Positions 46,304 through 56,023 of a stretch of DNA of 64,000 bases are shown piece after piece. The notes under the pieces were generated by a model. The model did no database searches, was not told the DNA's origin, and worked only from the letters and a program-made list of their open reading frames with translations. The DNA comes from Candidatus Brocadiaceae bacterium (lineage in GTDB: Bacteria > Planctomycetota > Brocadiia > SM23-32): assembly GCA_012728835.1 (NCBI GenBank), contig JAAYEJ010000012.1, positions 123,207 through 187,206 on the forward strand, given 5' to 3'. Every line of letters begins with the position of its first letter. Within the stretch, counting starts at the first letter, position 1. The position numbers were made by a program, and so were the translations under genes.

Positions 46304-47040
46304 CAGGCATCCTCCCGTCTGCGGGGGTCGTGGTGTGGGCAGGGGACGCACCGATCGGTGAAGTAGCGGCGGATGCGCCCGGCGGGTCCCTCCTCCACCG
46401 TCTGCCCGCAGCAGACCAGGGTGGCCCGGTCGGCGTGTTTCATCACCTCCGCGCTGTGGGTGACCAGCAGGACGGTCGTCCGCTGGGCCCGCAAGGCGGC
46501 GAACATGTCGAACATCCGGCTCAGGGCATCGACGTCGATCCCCGAATCCGGCTCGTCAGCCACGATCATCCGGGGTTTCATCACCAGGATGGAGGCCAGT
46601 TCGATGCGCTTGCGCTCGCCGCCGCTGAGCCCCTTGTCGACCAGTCGGCCCAGGTAGAGGTCCGGGTCCAGGGCCACCTCGGCCAGAGCGCCGCGCAGGA
46701 TGTCCTCGCCCGGTTCGGCGGCGCCCGCGCTCAGGAAGTCGCGGACGGACAGCCCCTCGAAGCGCGCCGGCTCCTGCCAGGCCAGGCTCAGGCCCAGACG
46801 CGCCCGCTCGTGCACGGAGAGGCCGGCCAGCGACTGCCCCGCGAAGCGGATCGTGCCGCCTTCGGGCTCATAGCCGGACAGCCCCATCAGGGCGTAGGCC
46901 AGCGAGGATTTGCCCGCGCCGTTCGGCCCGACCAGCGCATGGACCTCCCCGCGCAGGACGGTCAGATTCAGGCCCTGCAGGATCGTCTGCCCGTCCAGGG
47001 CCAGGCGGAGGTCCCGCACCTCCAGCAGCGTTTCGGTCAA
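46303..47040 (-). CDS. sufC: Fe-S cluster assembly ATPase SufC
   Basis: TTG start at 47040 with GGAGGA 6 nt upstream. LEVRDL..., Walker A GPNGAGKSSLAY, signature LSGGERKR and Walker B IVADEPDSGID. Confidence 0.9.
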   Translation of the reverse strand: MTETLLEVRDLRLALDGQTILQGLNLTVLRGEVHALVGPNGAGKSSLAYALMGLSGYEPEGGTIRFAGQSLAGLSVHERARLGLSLAWQEPARFEGLSVRDFLSAGAAEPGEDILRGALAEVALDPDLYLGRLVDKGLSGGERKRIELASILVMKPRMIVADEPDSGIDVDALSRMFDMFAALRAQRTTVLLVTHSAEVMKHADRATLVCCGQTVEEGPAGRIRRYFTDRCVPCPHHDPRRREDA

Positions 47041-47181
47041 GACGAGTCCTCCGGCGCATGTGCGACGCGATGACGTCTTCCAGCTGAGGATAGCAGAACG
47101 CCTCGGGTCCGACAACGGGAAGCCGGTGCCGGCCGGTCGGGCGTTTCACTTGACCGGGCGGGGCGTGACAGCGAAACTACA

Positions 47182-48378
47182 ATGGAGTCCGTGCATGGGA
47201 CTGTGAGCGCAGGTCCTCTTGTGATCGACCGGAATGGGCGAGCCCCCGCTATGACTGGAATGCTCCTGTGGCCCAGCTCGATTCCGGCGGCATCCGTTGG
47301 GGCGGCGGCGTCGGGGTCTCTGCCGTCGGTGGTGGAGGGGATGTCGGCGACGCTCGTCTGGGCGATCGCGATCCTGGCGTTCGGCGTGCTGCTGATGGCC
47401 TGCGTGCTGCTCCTGTTGAACCGCGAGCCGGAGGAGTCGGCCTGGGATGCTCCGGATGGCATGCGGGGGTCTCCCGGGCAGCACCTTCGGCACCTCACCC
47501 GCCTGCTGCGGTCCATCCGGGCCATGAACAGCCTGATCGTTGCGGAGCGCGAGGGCGAGTCCCTGGCCCAGAAGGCGTGCCATCTGCTCACGGCCTCCCG
47601 CGGGTACCGCATGGCGTGGATCGGGCTGGTCCGCGCGGGGGACCTGCGCGTCCACCCCGTCGCCCAGGCCGGGTTCGAGAACGGCTACCTGGACCGGATC
47701 GTCATCACCTGGGACGACTCGCCCACGGGCGAGGGCCCCGTGGGGCGCGCCATCAAGACGGGGGGGCCGACGGTCATGCGCGACATCGAGACGGCCCCGG
47801 AGTTCCGACCCTGGCGCGAGGAGGCGCTCAAGCGCGGCTACCGTTCCTGTGCCGCCATCCCGTTGCGGTTCAAGGGCGACGTCCTCGGCGCGCTCAGCGT
47901 CTATGCCGAACAGCCCGAGGCCTTCGGCATCGAGGAGGTGGGCGTCCTCCAGGAGGTGGCCGATCACCTTGCCTATGCCCTGGCCTCCATCCGGCTGGAG
48001 CAGGACCTGGCCGCCATGCGGCGTGAGTGCGCGCCGGCCCGAGCGGCCTTCGACTACGCGCCGATCGGCCTGATCGTGACCGACGCCCAGGGCAACATCA
48101 CCGCCCTGAACGGCTGTGTGCGCGGGCTGCTGGGCGCCGAGGGGGAGGAGCGGCCGCGTGCGCTGCGCGACCTGGCGGCCTTCCGTCGCGGCGACGCGCG
48201 CGCGGGCGTCAGCCGCGTGCTCTCGCAGCGCGAGGCGGTCCGGTGCGACCTGGAGGTGCAGGGCGCCGACAAGGCGGAGCCGCGACGCCTGACCTGTCGC
48301 GGCGTGCCGATCTTCGGGGAGGACGGAGTCCTGCAGGAAACCGTGTGGGTGGTGGAGGATATCGCCGGCCGGGAGTGA
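47182..48378 (+). CDS. Membrane-anchored GAF-PAS sensor protein without output domain
   Basis: TM helix LVWAIAILAFGVLLMACVLLLL. GAF core (YRMAWIGLV...GPVGRAIKTG...SCAAIPLRFKGDVLGALSVYA). PAS core (PIGLIVTDAQGNITALNG). The ORF ends right after the PAS domain. The start codon is uncertain (see findings). Confidence 0.75.
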   Translation: MESVHGTVSAGPLVIDRNGRAPAMTGMLLWPSSIPAASVGAAASGSLPSVVEGMSATLVWAIAILAFGVLLMACVLLLLNREPEESAWDAPDGMRGSPGQHLRHLTRLLRSIRAMNSLIVAEREGESLAQKACHLLTASRGYRMAWIGLVRAGDLRVHPVAQAGFENGYLDRIVITWDDSPTGEGPVGRAIKTGGPTVMRDIETAPEFRPWREEALKRGYRSCAAIPLRFKGDVLGALSVYAEQPEAFGIEEVGVLQEVADHLAYALASIRLEQDLAAMRRECAPARAAFDYAPIGLIVTDAQGNITALNGCVRGLLGAEGEERPRALRDLAAFRRGDARAGVSRVLSQREAVRCDLEVQGADKAEPRRLTCRGVPIFGEDGVLQETVWVVEDIAGRE

Positions 48379-48424
48379 CCCAGGCCGTCGGTCGGTCCTC
48401 AGTTCGGGCGCGGCGACAGGTCCG

Positions 48425-48679
48425 TCACCGACGTCGACGCAGGGTCACGGCCAGGGCCCCGGCGGCCGCCCCGCACAGGAAGACGACCAGGAGCATCAGC
48501 AGGGGCGAGACGCGTGTGCTCCAGAAGAGCACATGGTAGTCCTGCCGCGCGCCGTTCTGGAACATCACGATCAGCACCAGCACGACGACGACCAACAGCG
48601 TGGTCAGCCGCAGGCGTCTGCTCCAGATCCGCACTGTGCTCGGCGGCTGAGGGGTGGTGCTCGGCTGTTCAGCGGTCAT
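48425..48679 (-). CDS. LapA-domain (DUF1049) small inner-membrane protein
   Basis: 84 aa with two TM helices separated by FQNGARQDYHVLFW, and a basic tail RRRR. This is the typical LapA_dom layout. Confidence 0.55.
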   Translation of the reverse strand: MTAEQPSTTPQPPSTVRIWSRRLRLTTLLVVVVLVLIVMFQNGARQDYHVLFWSTRVSPLLMLLVVFLCGAAAGALAVTLRRRR

Positions 48680-48685
48680 CAGCCT

Positions 48686-49999
48686 TCACTCCTTGTTGTC
48701 GGGCGAGGGGCCGCCGGCGGCGTCCGGCCGGGGAGGCTCCTCCGGGAACTGCAGGTCGAGCATGTGCCCCATCTTCTCCTGCTTCGTGCGCAGGTAGCGC
48801 AGGTTCTCCGCCCGGGGGGGCACCTGGATGGGCACGCGTTCGACGATCTCCAGTCCGTAGCCGCTCAGGGCGTGGAACTTCCGGGGGTTGTTCGAGATGA
48901 GCCGCATCTTGCGCACCCCGAGGTGTCGCAGGATCTGCGCGCCCACGCCGTACTCCCGCTTGTCGGCCGGGAACCCCAGCTCGATGTTCGCCTCCACCGT
49001 GTCCAGGCCGTTCTCCTGGAGCGCGTAGGCGTGGAGCTTGTTCTCCAGGCCGATTCCCCGCCCTTCCTGGCGCATGTAGAGCAGCACGCCGCAGTCGGCG
49101 TCGCCGATCATCTGCAGGGCGCGCTCCAACTGCTCGCCGCAGTCGCAGCGCAGTGAGTGCAGCGTGTCGCCCGTGAAGCATTCGTCGTGCACGCGCACCA
49201 GCACCGGGGCGTCGATGGGAGGGGCCGGGGCATCGCCGGAGGCGCCCACCGGCCCGGAGCAGACGGCGACGTGCTGCTTCTCGTCGACCATGGAGCGGTA
49301 GAAGTGCGCCTTGAACCGTCCGTAACGGGTCGGCAGATCCACGCAGACACTCCGCCGGACGAGGTACTCCGACTGGTGCCGGTGCCGGATCAGGTCCGCG
49401 ATGGTGCAGATCCGCATGTCGAACTTGCGTGCCAGCGCCTGCAGCTCCGGCAGCTTGGCCATCGTGCCGTCCGGGTTCATGGCCTCGCAGACGATCGCGG
49501 CGGGCTTGAGCCCCGCCATGCGGGCCAGATCGACGGCGGCCTCCGTGTGCCCGGCGCGCACGAGCACCCCTCCCGGACGCGCCAGGAGGGGCAGCACGTG
49601 GCCCGGCCGCACCAGGTCGTCCGGCCCGGCGTCCTCCGAGAGCATCGTGCGGATCGTATGGGCCCGGTCGCGGGCGCTCACGCCGGTCGTGACGCCGTCG
49701 CGCGCATCGACCGTGACCGTGAACGGCGTGCCGAAGGCGCTTCGGTTGTCCTCCACCATCGGAGGCAACTCGAGCCTCTCGGCCAGTTCCGCCCCGATGG
49801 CCAGACAGAGGAACCCCCGCACGTGGTTGAGCAGGAAGGCGATCGAGTCCGGCGTCACGTGCTCGGCGGCAAGGCAGACGTCGCCTTCGTTCTCGCGGTC
49901 GGCGTCGTCCACGACGATCACAAACTCGCCCCGGCGGAATGCCTCGACCGCCGCCGGCACGTCGCCGCAGGAAGGAACGGTTCGTTCGGGTTCTGACAT
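48686..49999 (-). CDS. ribBA: Bifunctional 3,4-dihydroxy-2-butanone-4-phosphate synthase / GTP cyclohydrolase II
   Basis: Only the last 438 codons of the 1464-aa ORF are used. [42 protein letters not shown] (Zn site) and RQEGRGIGL. Confidence 0.95.
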   Translation of the reverse strand: MSEPERTVPSCGDVPAAVEAFRRGEFVIVVDDADRENEGDVCLAAEHVTPDSIAFLLNHVRGFLCLAIGAELAERLELPPMVEDNRSAFGTPFTVTVDARDGVTTGVSARDRAHTIRTMLSEDAGPDDLVRPGHVLPLLARPGGVLVRAGHTEAAVDLARMAGLKPAAIVCEAMNPDGTMAKLPELQALARKFDMRICTIADLIRHRHQSEYLVRRSVCVDLPTRYGRFKAHFYRSMVDEKQHVAVCSGPVGASGDAPAPPIDAPVLVRVHDECFTGDTLHSLRCDCGEQLERALQMIGDADCGVLLYMRQEGRGIGLENKLHAYALQENGLDTVEANIELGFPADKREYGVGAQILRHLGVRKMRLISNNPRKFHALSGYGLEIVERVPIQVPPRAENLRYLRTKQEKMGHMLDLQFPEEPPRPDAAGGPSPDNKE

Positions 50000-50043
50000 T
50001 GCAGGACATCCGGGGAGAGCGAGGATGCGCGGCGGGAGCGGCG

Positions 50044-51006
50044 TCACGGACCCCGTACGCCGTCGCGCAGGAACCATTCTACAAACTCCGCCACGGCCTG
50101 TCCAATCGGGCGGTGCGGGTCGTAGCCGAGCAGCCGGCGCGCCTTGGACACGTCGGCATACGTGACCGGGACATCGCCCGGCTGCTCGGGCAGCCGCTCG
50201 ATGCGGGCCTCCCGGCCCAGCGCCTCCTCGATGAGCCGGATCAGCGCGCGCAGTTCCAGCGGTTCGGAATTGCCCAGGTTGATGATCTCGAACGCCGGCG
50301 CCGCCTCCAGGGCGGCCAGGATCCCGTCCACGACGTTGCCCACGTGGGTGTAGTCGCGCCGGCTCGTGCCGTCGCCGAAGACGGGGATCGGTTCGCCTGC
50401 CGCGATCAGCCGGGTGAACTTGTGGACGGCCAGGTCCGGGCGCTGGCGCGGCCCGCAGACGGTGAAGAAGCGCAGGCACGCGACGTGCAGTCCGTACAGG
50501 TGGTGGTAGACGTGGCAGAGAAGCTCCCCGGCGCGCTTGGTGGCCGCATACGGCGAGATGGGGCAGGGCACCGGATCGTCCTCGCGGAACGGGACCCTTT
50601 CGCTGACGCCGTAGACCGACGAACTGGAGGCGAACAGGAAGACCTCCAGGTCGTCCGCCTGCCGCGCGGCCTCCAGCAGGTTCACCGTCCCCCGGCAGTT
50701 GACCTCCTCGTAGAGGGCCGGCTGCTCGATGGACGGGCGCACACCGGCCCTGGCCGCCAGGTGGATCACGGCCGTCACGCCCGGCCGGGCCAGCAGCGAC
50801 CGGCACAGGGAGGCGTCCCGGATGTCGCCTTCCACAAGCTCCACCAGCCCGCTCTCGAGCGCCTGCCCGATGTTCCGGCGCTTCGCCTCCGGGGGGTAGA
50901 ACGCGTCGAAGTTGTCCAGACAGATCACATGCTCGTCGCGCGCCGCCAGCTCCTCGACCACATAGCTGCCGATGAAGCCGGCGCCGCCCGTCACCAGGAT
51001 GCTCAT
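50044..51006 (-). CDS. NAD-dependent NDP-sugar epimerase/dehydratase (UDP-glucuronate 4-epimerase-like SDR)
   Basis: Internal ATG ([16 protein letters not shown]). Catalytic YAATK. 320 aa. Confidence 0.88.
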   Translation of the reverse strand: MSILVTGGAGFIGSYVVEELAARDEHVICLDNFDAFYPPEAKRRNIGQALESGLVELVEGDIRDASLCRSLLARPGVTAVIHLAARAGVRPSIEQPALYEEVNCRGTVNLLEAARQADDLEVFLFASSSSVYGVSERVPFREDDPVPCPISPYAATKRAGELLCHVYHHLYGLHVACLRFFTVCGPRQRPDLAVHKFTRLIAAGEPIPVFGDGTSRRDYTHVGNVVDGILAALEAAPAFEIINLGNSEPLELRALIRLIEEALGREARIERLPEQPGDVPVTYADVSKARRLLGYDPHRPIGQAVAEFVEWFLRDGVRGP

Positions 51007-51154
51007 GCTCTGCCCCTTGATGGAGTTGCACGGCAGTATACCACCCCTGCCCCCCGGCGTCGCCTGAGGTTGCCCGGCACCCCGCGTCGTGATAGCATCG
51101 CGGGCCGCGTGCCGTCTGCGTCCGTCTCCGGCCTTCTCGGGGGGGAGGTTGCGA

Positions 51155-53458
51155 ATGATAACCGTTCCGGTCGCCTGCCTGGTCTTCGTGTTCGCCGTCG
51201 CCCTGTTCTTTGGCGCCCGGGAGGCGGTTGCGGCGGCCAACCATCCGAACCGGGGGTTCACGTTCGAGGACCGGGGCCCCGAGGTCGCCCTGCTGTACCG
51301 TCTCGGGCTGGAGAATCGGCCGGAGCACGTGGCCGTCTTCTGCGAGGCCCTGAAGAGCGATGACCTCGACGTGCGCAGGGCCGCCATCGCCCAGCTTGTG
51401 TTCACGCACGACGAGTCGGCCCTCGACGCCGCGCTGGCGGCGATGGAGGACGAGTCGTCCTGGGTTCGCCGGGGCGCCATTGCCGTGCTGTCGAAGCTGG
51501 GTGACCGGCGGGCCGTCCCCGCCCTGGAGAAGGCGCTGAACTTCGTGCCCCCCCCACCGGCGCCGCCCGGCAGCGGCCCCGGGCTGTGGTGGTGGAAGAG
51601 GATCGGCCCTGAATCGTCGCTGCGGGACGAGGAGTACTTCAACCGCCTGGCCGCCGCCCTGGCCCTCCACCGGCTCGGGAGCGAGGCCGGCGTGCCGACC
51701 GTCCTGTCCGTCCTGGCCGGGCAGTACCCGAGGCCGGTCGTTCAGATGGCCGCCCAGTATGCCGTCCTGATGGACCTCCGGCAGGCGACCGACGAACTGC
51801 TGCGCATCGCCGGCGAGTGCGAGGTGTTCGGCGAGGACAGCCCGGGGCTTTTTGCCATCCGAGCCCTGCGCATCATGGGAGACCCCGCCCGCCGGGAACG
51901 GATCGTCCAACTGGCCCGGGACAAGATCCGCCTGCCCGGCGGCTTCATCCGCATGGAGGCGCTGCATGTGCTCCTGGAGCACGGCGACGCCTCCGTCCTG
52001 CCCCTCGTCCGCGAGGTGATTGAGGACGAAGGCAACTGGCGCGAGCACCAGCGGCTCATCACGGAGATCATCGGGAAGCTCCGGCCGGACGACGGGGCCG
52101 TCCTTCTGACGCGGCACTACCTGACCGCGCCGGAACGCGAGCCCGCTGCGGACAGGGGGGGCGACTCCGTCAATGACGGCGTCTTCCGGCGGGCGGCCGA
52201 GGTGGTGGCCGCACTGGGGGACGTGCGCGTGCTGAACGAGCTGAAGGCGGTTTACGGCCGGCTCAAGGAACCTGCGGACGTGTTCCACCGGCGGCTGTAC
52301 CTGGCCTACGCCCTGGCGGCTCTGGACGACCCGTTCGGTCGCGGCGAGCTTCTTGAGGCGCTCGGCCATGGGGATGCCGGCGTGCGGCGCCTTGCGGCCC
52401 GGTTGCTCGGCAGGCTCGGGGTCGCAGACGCGGTGCCGCCGCTGGCGGCCGCGCTGGCCGCCGAGGCGGATCGCGCGACCGCCCTGGCCATGCAGTCCGC
52501 CCTGCGCACGCTCGACGCACCGGCGGCGGCCGTCGATCGGCCGCTCCCGCCCGTGCCGCCTGCGCCGGCCGACACGTACGGGCAGCCCCGTTTCCTGCAT
52601 GTTTCCTTCGATGACTGCACGACGATCGAGTCCATGGAGCGCTTCGTCGGGCTGATCGAGGAACTGGCCGCCCGGGACGTCCGATGGGCGCCGCGCATGT
52701 ACGTGGCCTGCCTCTCGCGCCATGACTTCGAATACTGCACCATGCTCCTCCAGCGGTGTTTCGACCGCGGCTGCGAGTTTGAGAACCACTCGCTGCACCA
52801 CAACCCCGACGGGCAGGCGCTCTGGGCGCGCACCGCCGACGAGGTGCGGCTGGACTGCGGCGGCGGCGCCAACTGGTTGCACGGCAACATCATGGGCTGC
52901 GACCGGCTCTATCACTGGAAGAGCGGGGGAGGCGGCTTCGAACGGCCCGGCGACCCGCGCATCCACCGTGAGACGCTTCGCCAGGTCAGTCGCGAGGTCT
53001 ACTGGGCCAGGGACATCGACTACAACTGGCGGGATGAGGTGGAGAAGGTCCATCCCGACCGCTACGCTCCGCCGTACCACCCCGCCACGCCGGGCGCCGT
53101 CCGGAGCCTCATCGTCACCGGCGACCTGGGCTACGGATACGAGGGCGAGCCGGCCCGGGAGGTCATCGATGCCTTCGTGGACTCACTGGAGCACTGGTAC
53201 TTCCACCAGCCGGAGGCGGTCTTCAGCCTGGAAGGCCACGACTGGCCGAGCAGCCCCGTTCCCATCCGCATCGGCTTCGAGAAGCACTGGGAAGTGCTCA
53301 GCGGCTTCCTGCGGGAGGTCCTCCTGAACCGCCGCGAGCGCTACCCCCTTCTCTACAGCATGACGGCCCTGGAGGTGCTGCACGTCCGCCGGCGGGGGCT
53401 GACGCCCGAGGAGATACTGGACGTCCGGATGCACCTGCAGAACTCGCCGGACTTCTGA
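51155..53458 (+). CDS. Secreted/anchored HEAT-repeat protein with C-terminal polysaccharide-deacetylase-like (CE4/NodB-like) domain
   Basis: The ATG at 51155 follows GGGGGAGG. Signal/anchor [22 protein letters not shown]-lyase-type HEAT repeats ([52 protein letters not shown]). C-terminal SFDDC ... HSLHH resembles NodB motifs 1 and 2. Confidence 0.6.
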   Translation: MITVPVACLVFVFAVALFFGAREAVAAANHPNRGFTFEDRGPEVALLYRLGLENRPEHVAVFCEALKSDDLDVRRAAIAQLVFTHDESALDAALAAMEDESSWVRRGAIAVLSKLGDRRAVPALEKALNFVPPPPAPPGSGPGLWWWKRIGPESSLRDEEYFNRLAAALALHRLGSEAGVPTVLSVLAGQYPRPVVQMAAQYAVLMDLRQATDELLRIAGECEVFGEDSPGLFAIRALRIMGDPARRERIVQLARDKIRLPGGFIRMEALHVLLEHGDASVLPLVREVIEDEGNWREHQRLITEIIGKLRPDDGAVLLTRHYLTAPEREPAADRGGDSVNDGVFRRAAEVVAALGDVRVLNELKAVYGRLKEPADVFHRRLYLAYALAALDDPFGRGELLEALGHGDAGVRRLAARLLGRLGVADAVPPLAAALAAEADRATALAMQSALRTLDAPAAAVDRPLPPVPPAPADTYGQPRFLHVSFDDCTTIESMERFVGLIEELAARDVRWAPRMYVACLSRHDFEYCTMLLQRCFDRGCEFENHSLHHNPDGQALWARTADEVRLDCGGGANWLHGNIMGCDRLYHWKSGGGGFERPGDPRIHRETLRQVSREVYWARDIDYNWRDEVEKVHPDRYAPPYHPATPGAVRSLIVTGDLGYGYEGEPAREVIDAFVDSLEHWYFHQPEAVFSLEGHDWPSSPVPIRIGFEKHWEVLSGFLREVLLNRRERYPLLYSMTALEVLHVRRRGLTPEEILDVRMHLQNSPDF

Positions 53459-53496
53459 CCGCCCGCGCCTTCAGGAACACGTGACGGGGCCGACGC

Positions 53497-54582
53497 ATGC
53501 GGGACGGCATGGACGAGAAGGCGGCGCGCCGGCTGGGCCGGCGCCTGGTGAAGTGGTACGGGGGCAACGCCCGCGACCTGCCCTGGCGGCGGGACCCGAC
53601 GCCGTACTCCGTCTGGATCAGCGAGATCATGCTGCAGCAGACGGTCGTCGGCACGGTGGCGGCGCGCTATGCGGACTGGATGAAGCGCTTTCCCGACGTG
53701 CGCTCACTGGCCGAGTCCGACGAGCGCGAGGTGCTCGCCGCCTGGGAGGGGTTGGGCTACTACCGCCGCGCGATCCACGCCCACCGGGCCGCCCGCCGCA
53801 TGGTGCGCGACCACGGCGGCCTCGTGCCGTCGACGCGGGCGGAACTGCTTGCGCTGCCGGGTATCGGGCCGTACGTCGCCTCCGCCGTGCTGAGCCTGGC
53901 GTTCGGGCGCGACGAGGTGGCCCTGGACACGAACCTCATCCGTGTGTTCATGCGGCTGTGCTGCCTGCCGGGGCGTCCGGGCGACGCGCAGGTCCGTCGC
54001 GAGGCGATGCGCCGGGCCCAGGCGGCCCTGCCGGCGGGCCGCTCCGCGCAGTACAACCAGGCCCTGATGGATTTCGGCAGCCTGATCTGCCGGCCGCGGT
54101 CGCCGCGGTGCGGGGAGTGCTTCCTGCGGGAACGGTGCGGAGCCTTCGTCCGGGGACGCCAGTACGACATCCCGCCGCCCGGGCGCCGCAAGCTCCAGAA
54201 GGTGCGCGCGGCGGTGGCCGTCTTCGCCCGCGGCGGCAAGGTCTACTTGCAGCAGCGCCCGCGCACGGGGCTGTTTGCGCGCATGTGGGAGTTCCCCGGG
54301 GGCAAGGCGGCCGGCGGCGAGACCCCCGCGCGCGCGCTCGAACGCGAGTGCCGTGAGGAACTGGCCGTGGCCTGCCGCGTCGGGCCGAAGCTCGTCGAGC
54401 TGACGCACTGCTACACCGTGTTCGAGGTGCGCCTGCACGCCTTCCTGTGCGAACCGCCCGACGCGTTGCCGCTGGACGCGACGCATCAGTGGGTGCCCGT
54501 GCAGGAACTCGACGCCTACCCGATGCCGTCGGCCAACCGGCGGATCGTGGAGGCGCTGCGCGCTATGCCGGGCCGCCCATGA
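53497..54582 (+). CDS. mutY: A/G-specific adenine DNA glycosylase
   Basis: LPWRRDPTPYSVWISEIMLQQT, HhH-GPD (LPGIGPYVASAVL..D.N), the 4Fe-4S loop C-x6-C-x2-C-x5-C (CRPRSPRCGECFLRERC) and a C-terminal NUDIX-like domain. Confidence 0.92.
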   Translation: MRDGMDEKAARRLGRRLVKWYGGNARDLPWRRDPTPYSVWISEIMLQQTVVGTVAARYADWMKRFPDVRSLAESDEREVLAAWEGLGYYRRAIHAHRAARRMVRDHGGLVPSTRAELLALPGIGPYVASAVLSLAFGRDEVALDTNLIRVFMRLCCLPGRPGDAQVRREAMRRAQAALPAGRSAQYNQALMDFGSLICRPRSPRCGECFLRERCGAFVRGRQYDIPPPGRRKLQKVRAAVAVFARGGKVYLQQRPRTGLFARMWEFPGGKAAGGETPARALERECREELAVACRVGPKLVELTHCYTVFEVRLHAFLCEPPDALPLDATHQWVPVQELDAYPMPSANRRIVEALRAMPGRP

Positions 54583-55357
54583 GGGCACGGGCGGCCGCCC
54601 CCGGATCCGCCGCCCGCATCAGCGTCTCGCCGACCAGGATCGCCTTGACCCCGCAGGCCCTCAGCCGCTCGACGTCGGCCGGGGTTCGGATGCCGCTCTC
54701 CGCGACCAGCACCACGCCGTCGGGCACGCGGCCCGCCAGGCGCTCCGCCGTCTCCAGAGTCACCTCGAAGGTGCGCAGGTTGCGGTTGTTGACGCCCACC
54801 AGGTCGGCGCCCGCGTCCAGCGCGACGTCCAGCTCGTGCCCGTCGTGGGCCTCGACCAGCGCATCCATGTGCAGGTCGCGGGCCAGAGCCATCAGGTCGC
54901 GCAGCGCGGCGGCCTCGAGCGCGGCGACGATCAGAAGGCACGCGTCGGCGCCCAGGCCGCGCGCTTCGATGACCTGCAGGGGGTCCAGGAGGAAGTCCTT
55001 GCGGAGCACGGGCAGGGCGGTCGCCTGCCGGACGTGCTCGACGAAGTCGGGGCTTCCCTGGAAGAACGGCCGGTCCGTCAGCACGCTCAGCGCGGCCGCG
55101 CCCCCGCGCTCGTAGTCGCGGGCCATGCGCGCCGGGTCGAAGTCGGCCCGGATGACGCCCACCGACGGCGACGCCTTCTTCACCTCCGCGATCAGCGCGG
55201 TGCCGGGCGCGTCGCACAGCGCCTTCCGGAATGCGCGCGGGGCGGGCTGCCGGGCCGCCCGGGCCAGCAGCGCCGACCGGCCGACGCGGGCCAGCGCGTC
55301 GATCTCGTCTCGCTTCGCCCGGCAGATGCGGGCCAGGATGTCGGGCATCTCGTTCAT
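54563..55357 (-). CDS. trpC: Indole-3-glycerol-phosphate synthase
   Basis: Internal ATG (MNEMPDILARI...). LIAEVKKASPSVG, LSVLTD..FF.GS, LRKDF and VGVNNRNL. 20-nt convergent overlap with mutY. Confidence 0.93.
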   Translation of the reverse strand: MNEMPDILARICRAKRDEIDALARVGRSALLARAARQPAPRAFRKALCDAPGTALIAEVKKASPSVGVIRADFDPARMARDYERGGAAALSVLTDRPFFQGSPDFVEHVRQATALPVLRKDFLLDPLQVIEARGLGADACLLIVAALEAAALRDLMALARDLHMDALVEAHDGHELDVALDAGADLVGVNNRNLRTFEVTLETAERLAGRVPDGVVLVAESGIRTPADVERLRACGVKAILVGETLMRAADPGAAARALMGGPA

Positions 55358-56004
55358 GGCTGCCTGCCTTCGCGGCGTTCTGTGGCGGCGACCACGGCCG
55401 CGCGCAGCCGGCGCGCCGCCGCCTCCGGATCGTCGGTGTCGCACAGGGCGGCGCACACGGCCACGGCCGTCGCGCCCGCCTCGATGGCATCGGCGGCGTT
55501 GTCGGCCGTGATGCCCCCGATCGCCACCATGGGCAGGGGCGTGGCGGCCCGCTCCGCCCGCACCAGATCGGCCCCGAAGCCGACCTCGTAGCCCTTCGTG
55601 GCGGTCGGCGCGAAGGGGCCGACGCCGATATAGTCGAGCGGAAGGTCCCGGGCCTGCGCGGCCTGCCGGGCCGAATGCGTCGACCAGCCGATGAGCAGAT
55701 CCGGCCCGACGATGCGGCGCGCCTCGGCGGGCGGGAGATCGTCCTGTCCGAGGTGGACTCCGTCCGCGCCCGCCAGCACGGCGACGTCGGGGCGGTCGTT
55801 GACGATCAGCAGGGCGCCGGCCGCTTCGGTCTGCTTCCGCAAGGTGCACGAGCGGACCAGCAGTTCGCGGTCGGACAGGTCCTTCTCGCGCAACTGGACG
55901 GCGTCGACGCCTCCGGCCAGCAGCGCCTCGGCCGTTCTCTGCCAGTGCAGCCGGCAGAACCGTTCGGTCAGGAGCGCGTAGAGCCGGATGTCCGTGATGT
56001 TCAT
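55354..56004 (-). CDS. thiE: Thiamine-phosphate synthase
   Basis: QLREKDLS, LIVNDR.DVA....DGVHLGQDD, IGWSTH, YIGVGPFAPTATK and AIGGI. ATGA overlap with the trpC start. Confidence 0.9.
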   Translation of the reverse strand: MNITDIRLYALLTERFCRLHWQRTAEALLAGGVDAVQLREKDLSDRELLVRSCTLRKQTEAAGALLIVNDRPDVAVLAGADGVHLGQDDLPPAEARRIVGPDLLIGWSTHSARQAAQARDLPLDYIGVGPFAPTATKGYEVGFGADLVRAERAATPLPMVAIGGITADNAADAIEAGATAVAVCAALCDTDDPEAAARRLRAAVVAATERREGRQP

Positions 56005-56023
56005 GGGACGTGTCCTTGCCCGG

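Noticed and set aside
50000-50043. FMN riboswitch upstream of ribBA, and a TPP riboswitch upstream of thiE (56005-56023).
   Set aside because: The upstream gaps are only 44 nt and 19 nt. That is far too short for either aptamer, and no conserved aptamer motifs were seen.
48686-53080. 1464-aa minus-strand ORF suggesting a giant multidomain protein.
   Set aside because: Only the last 438 codons (ribBA, from ATG 49999) are recognisable. The upstream part is out of frame with the epimerase gene and antisense to the HEAT/CE4 gene, and its composition is shadow-like.
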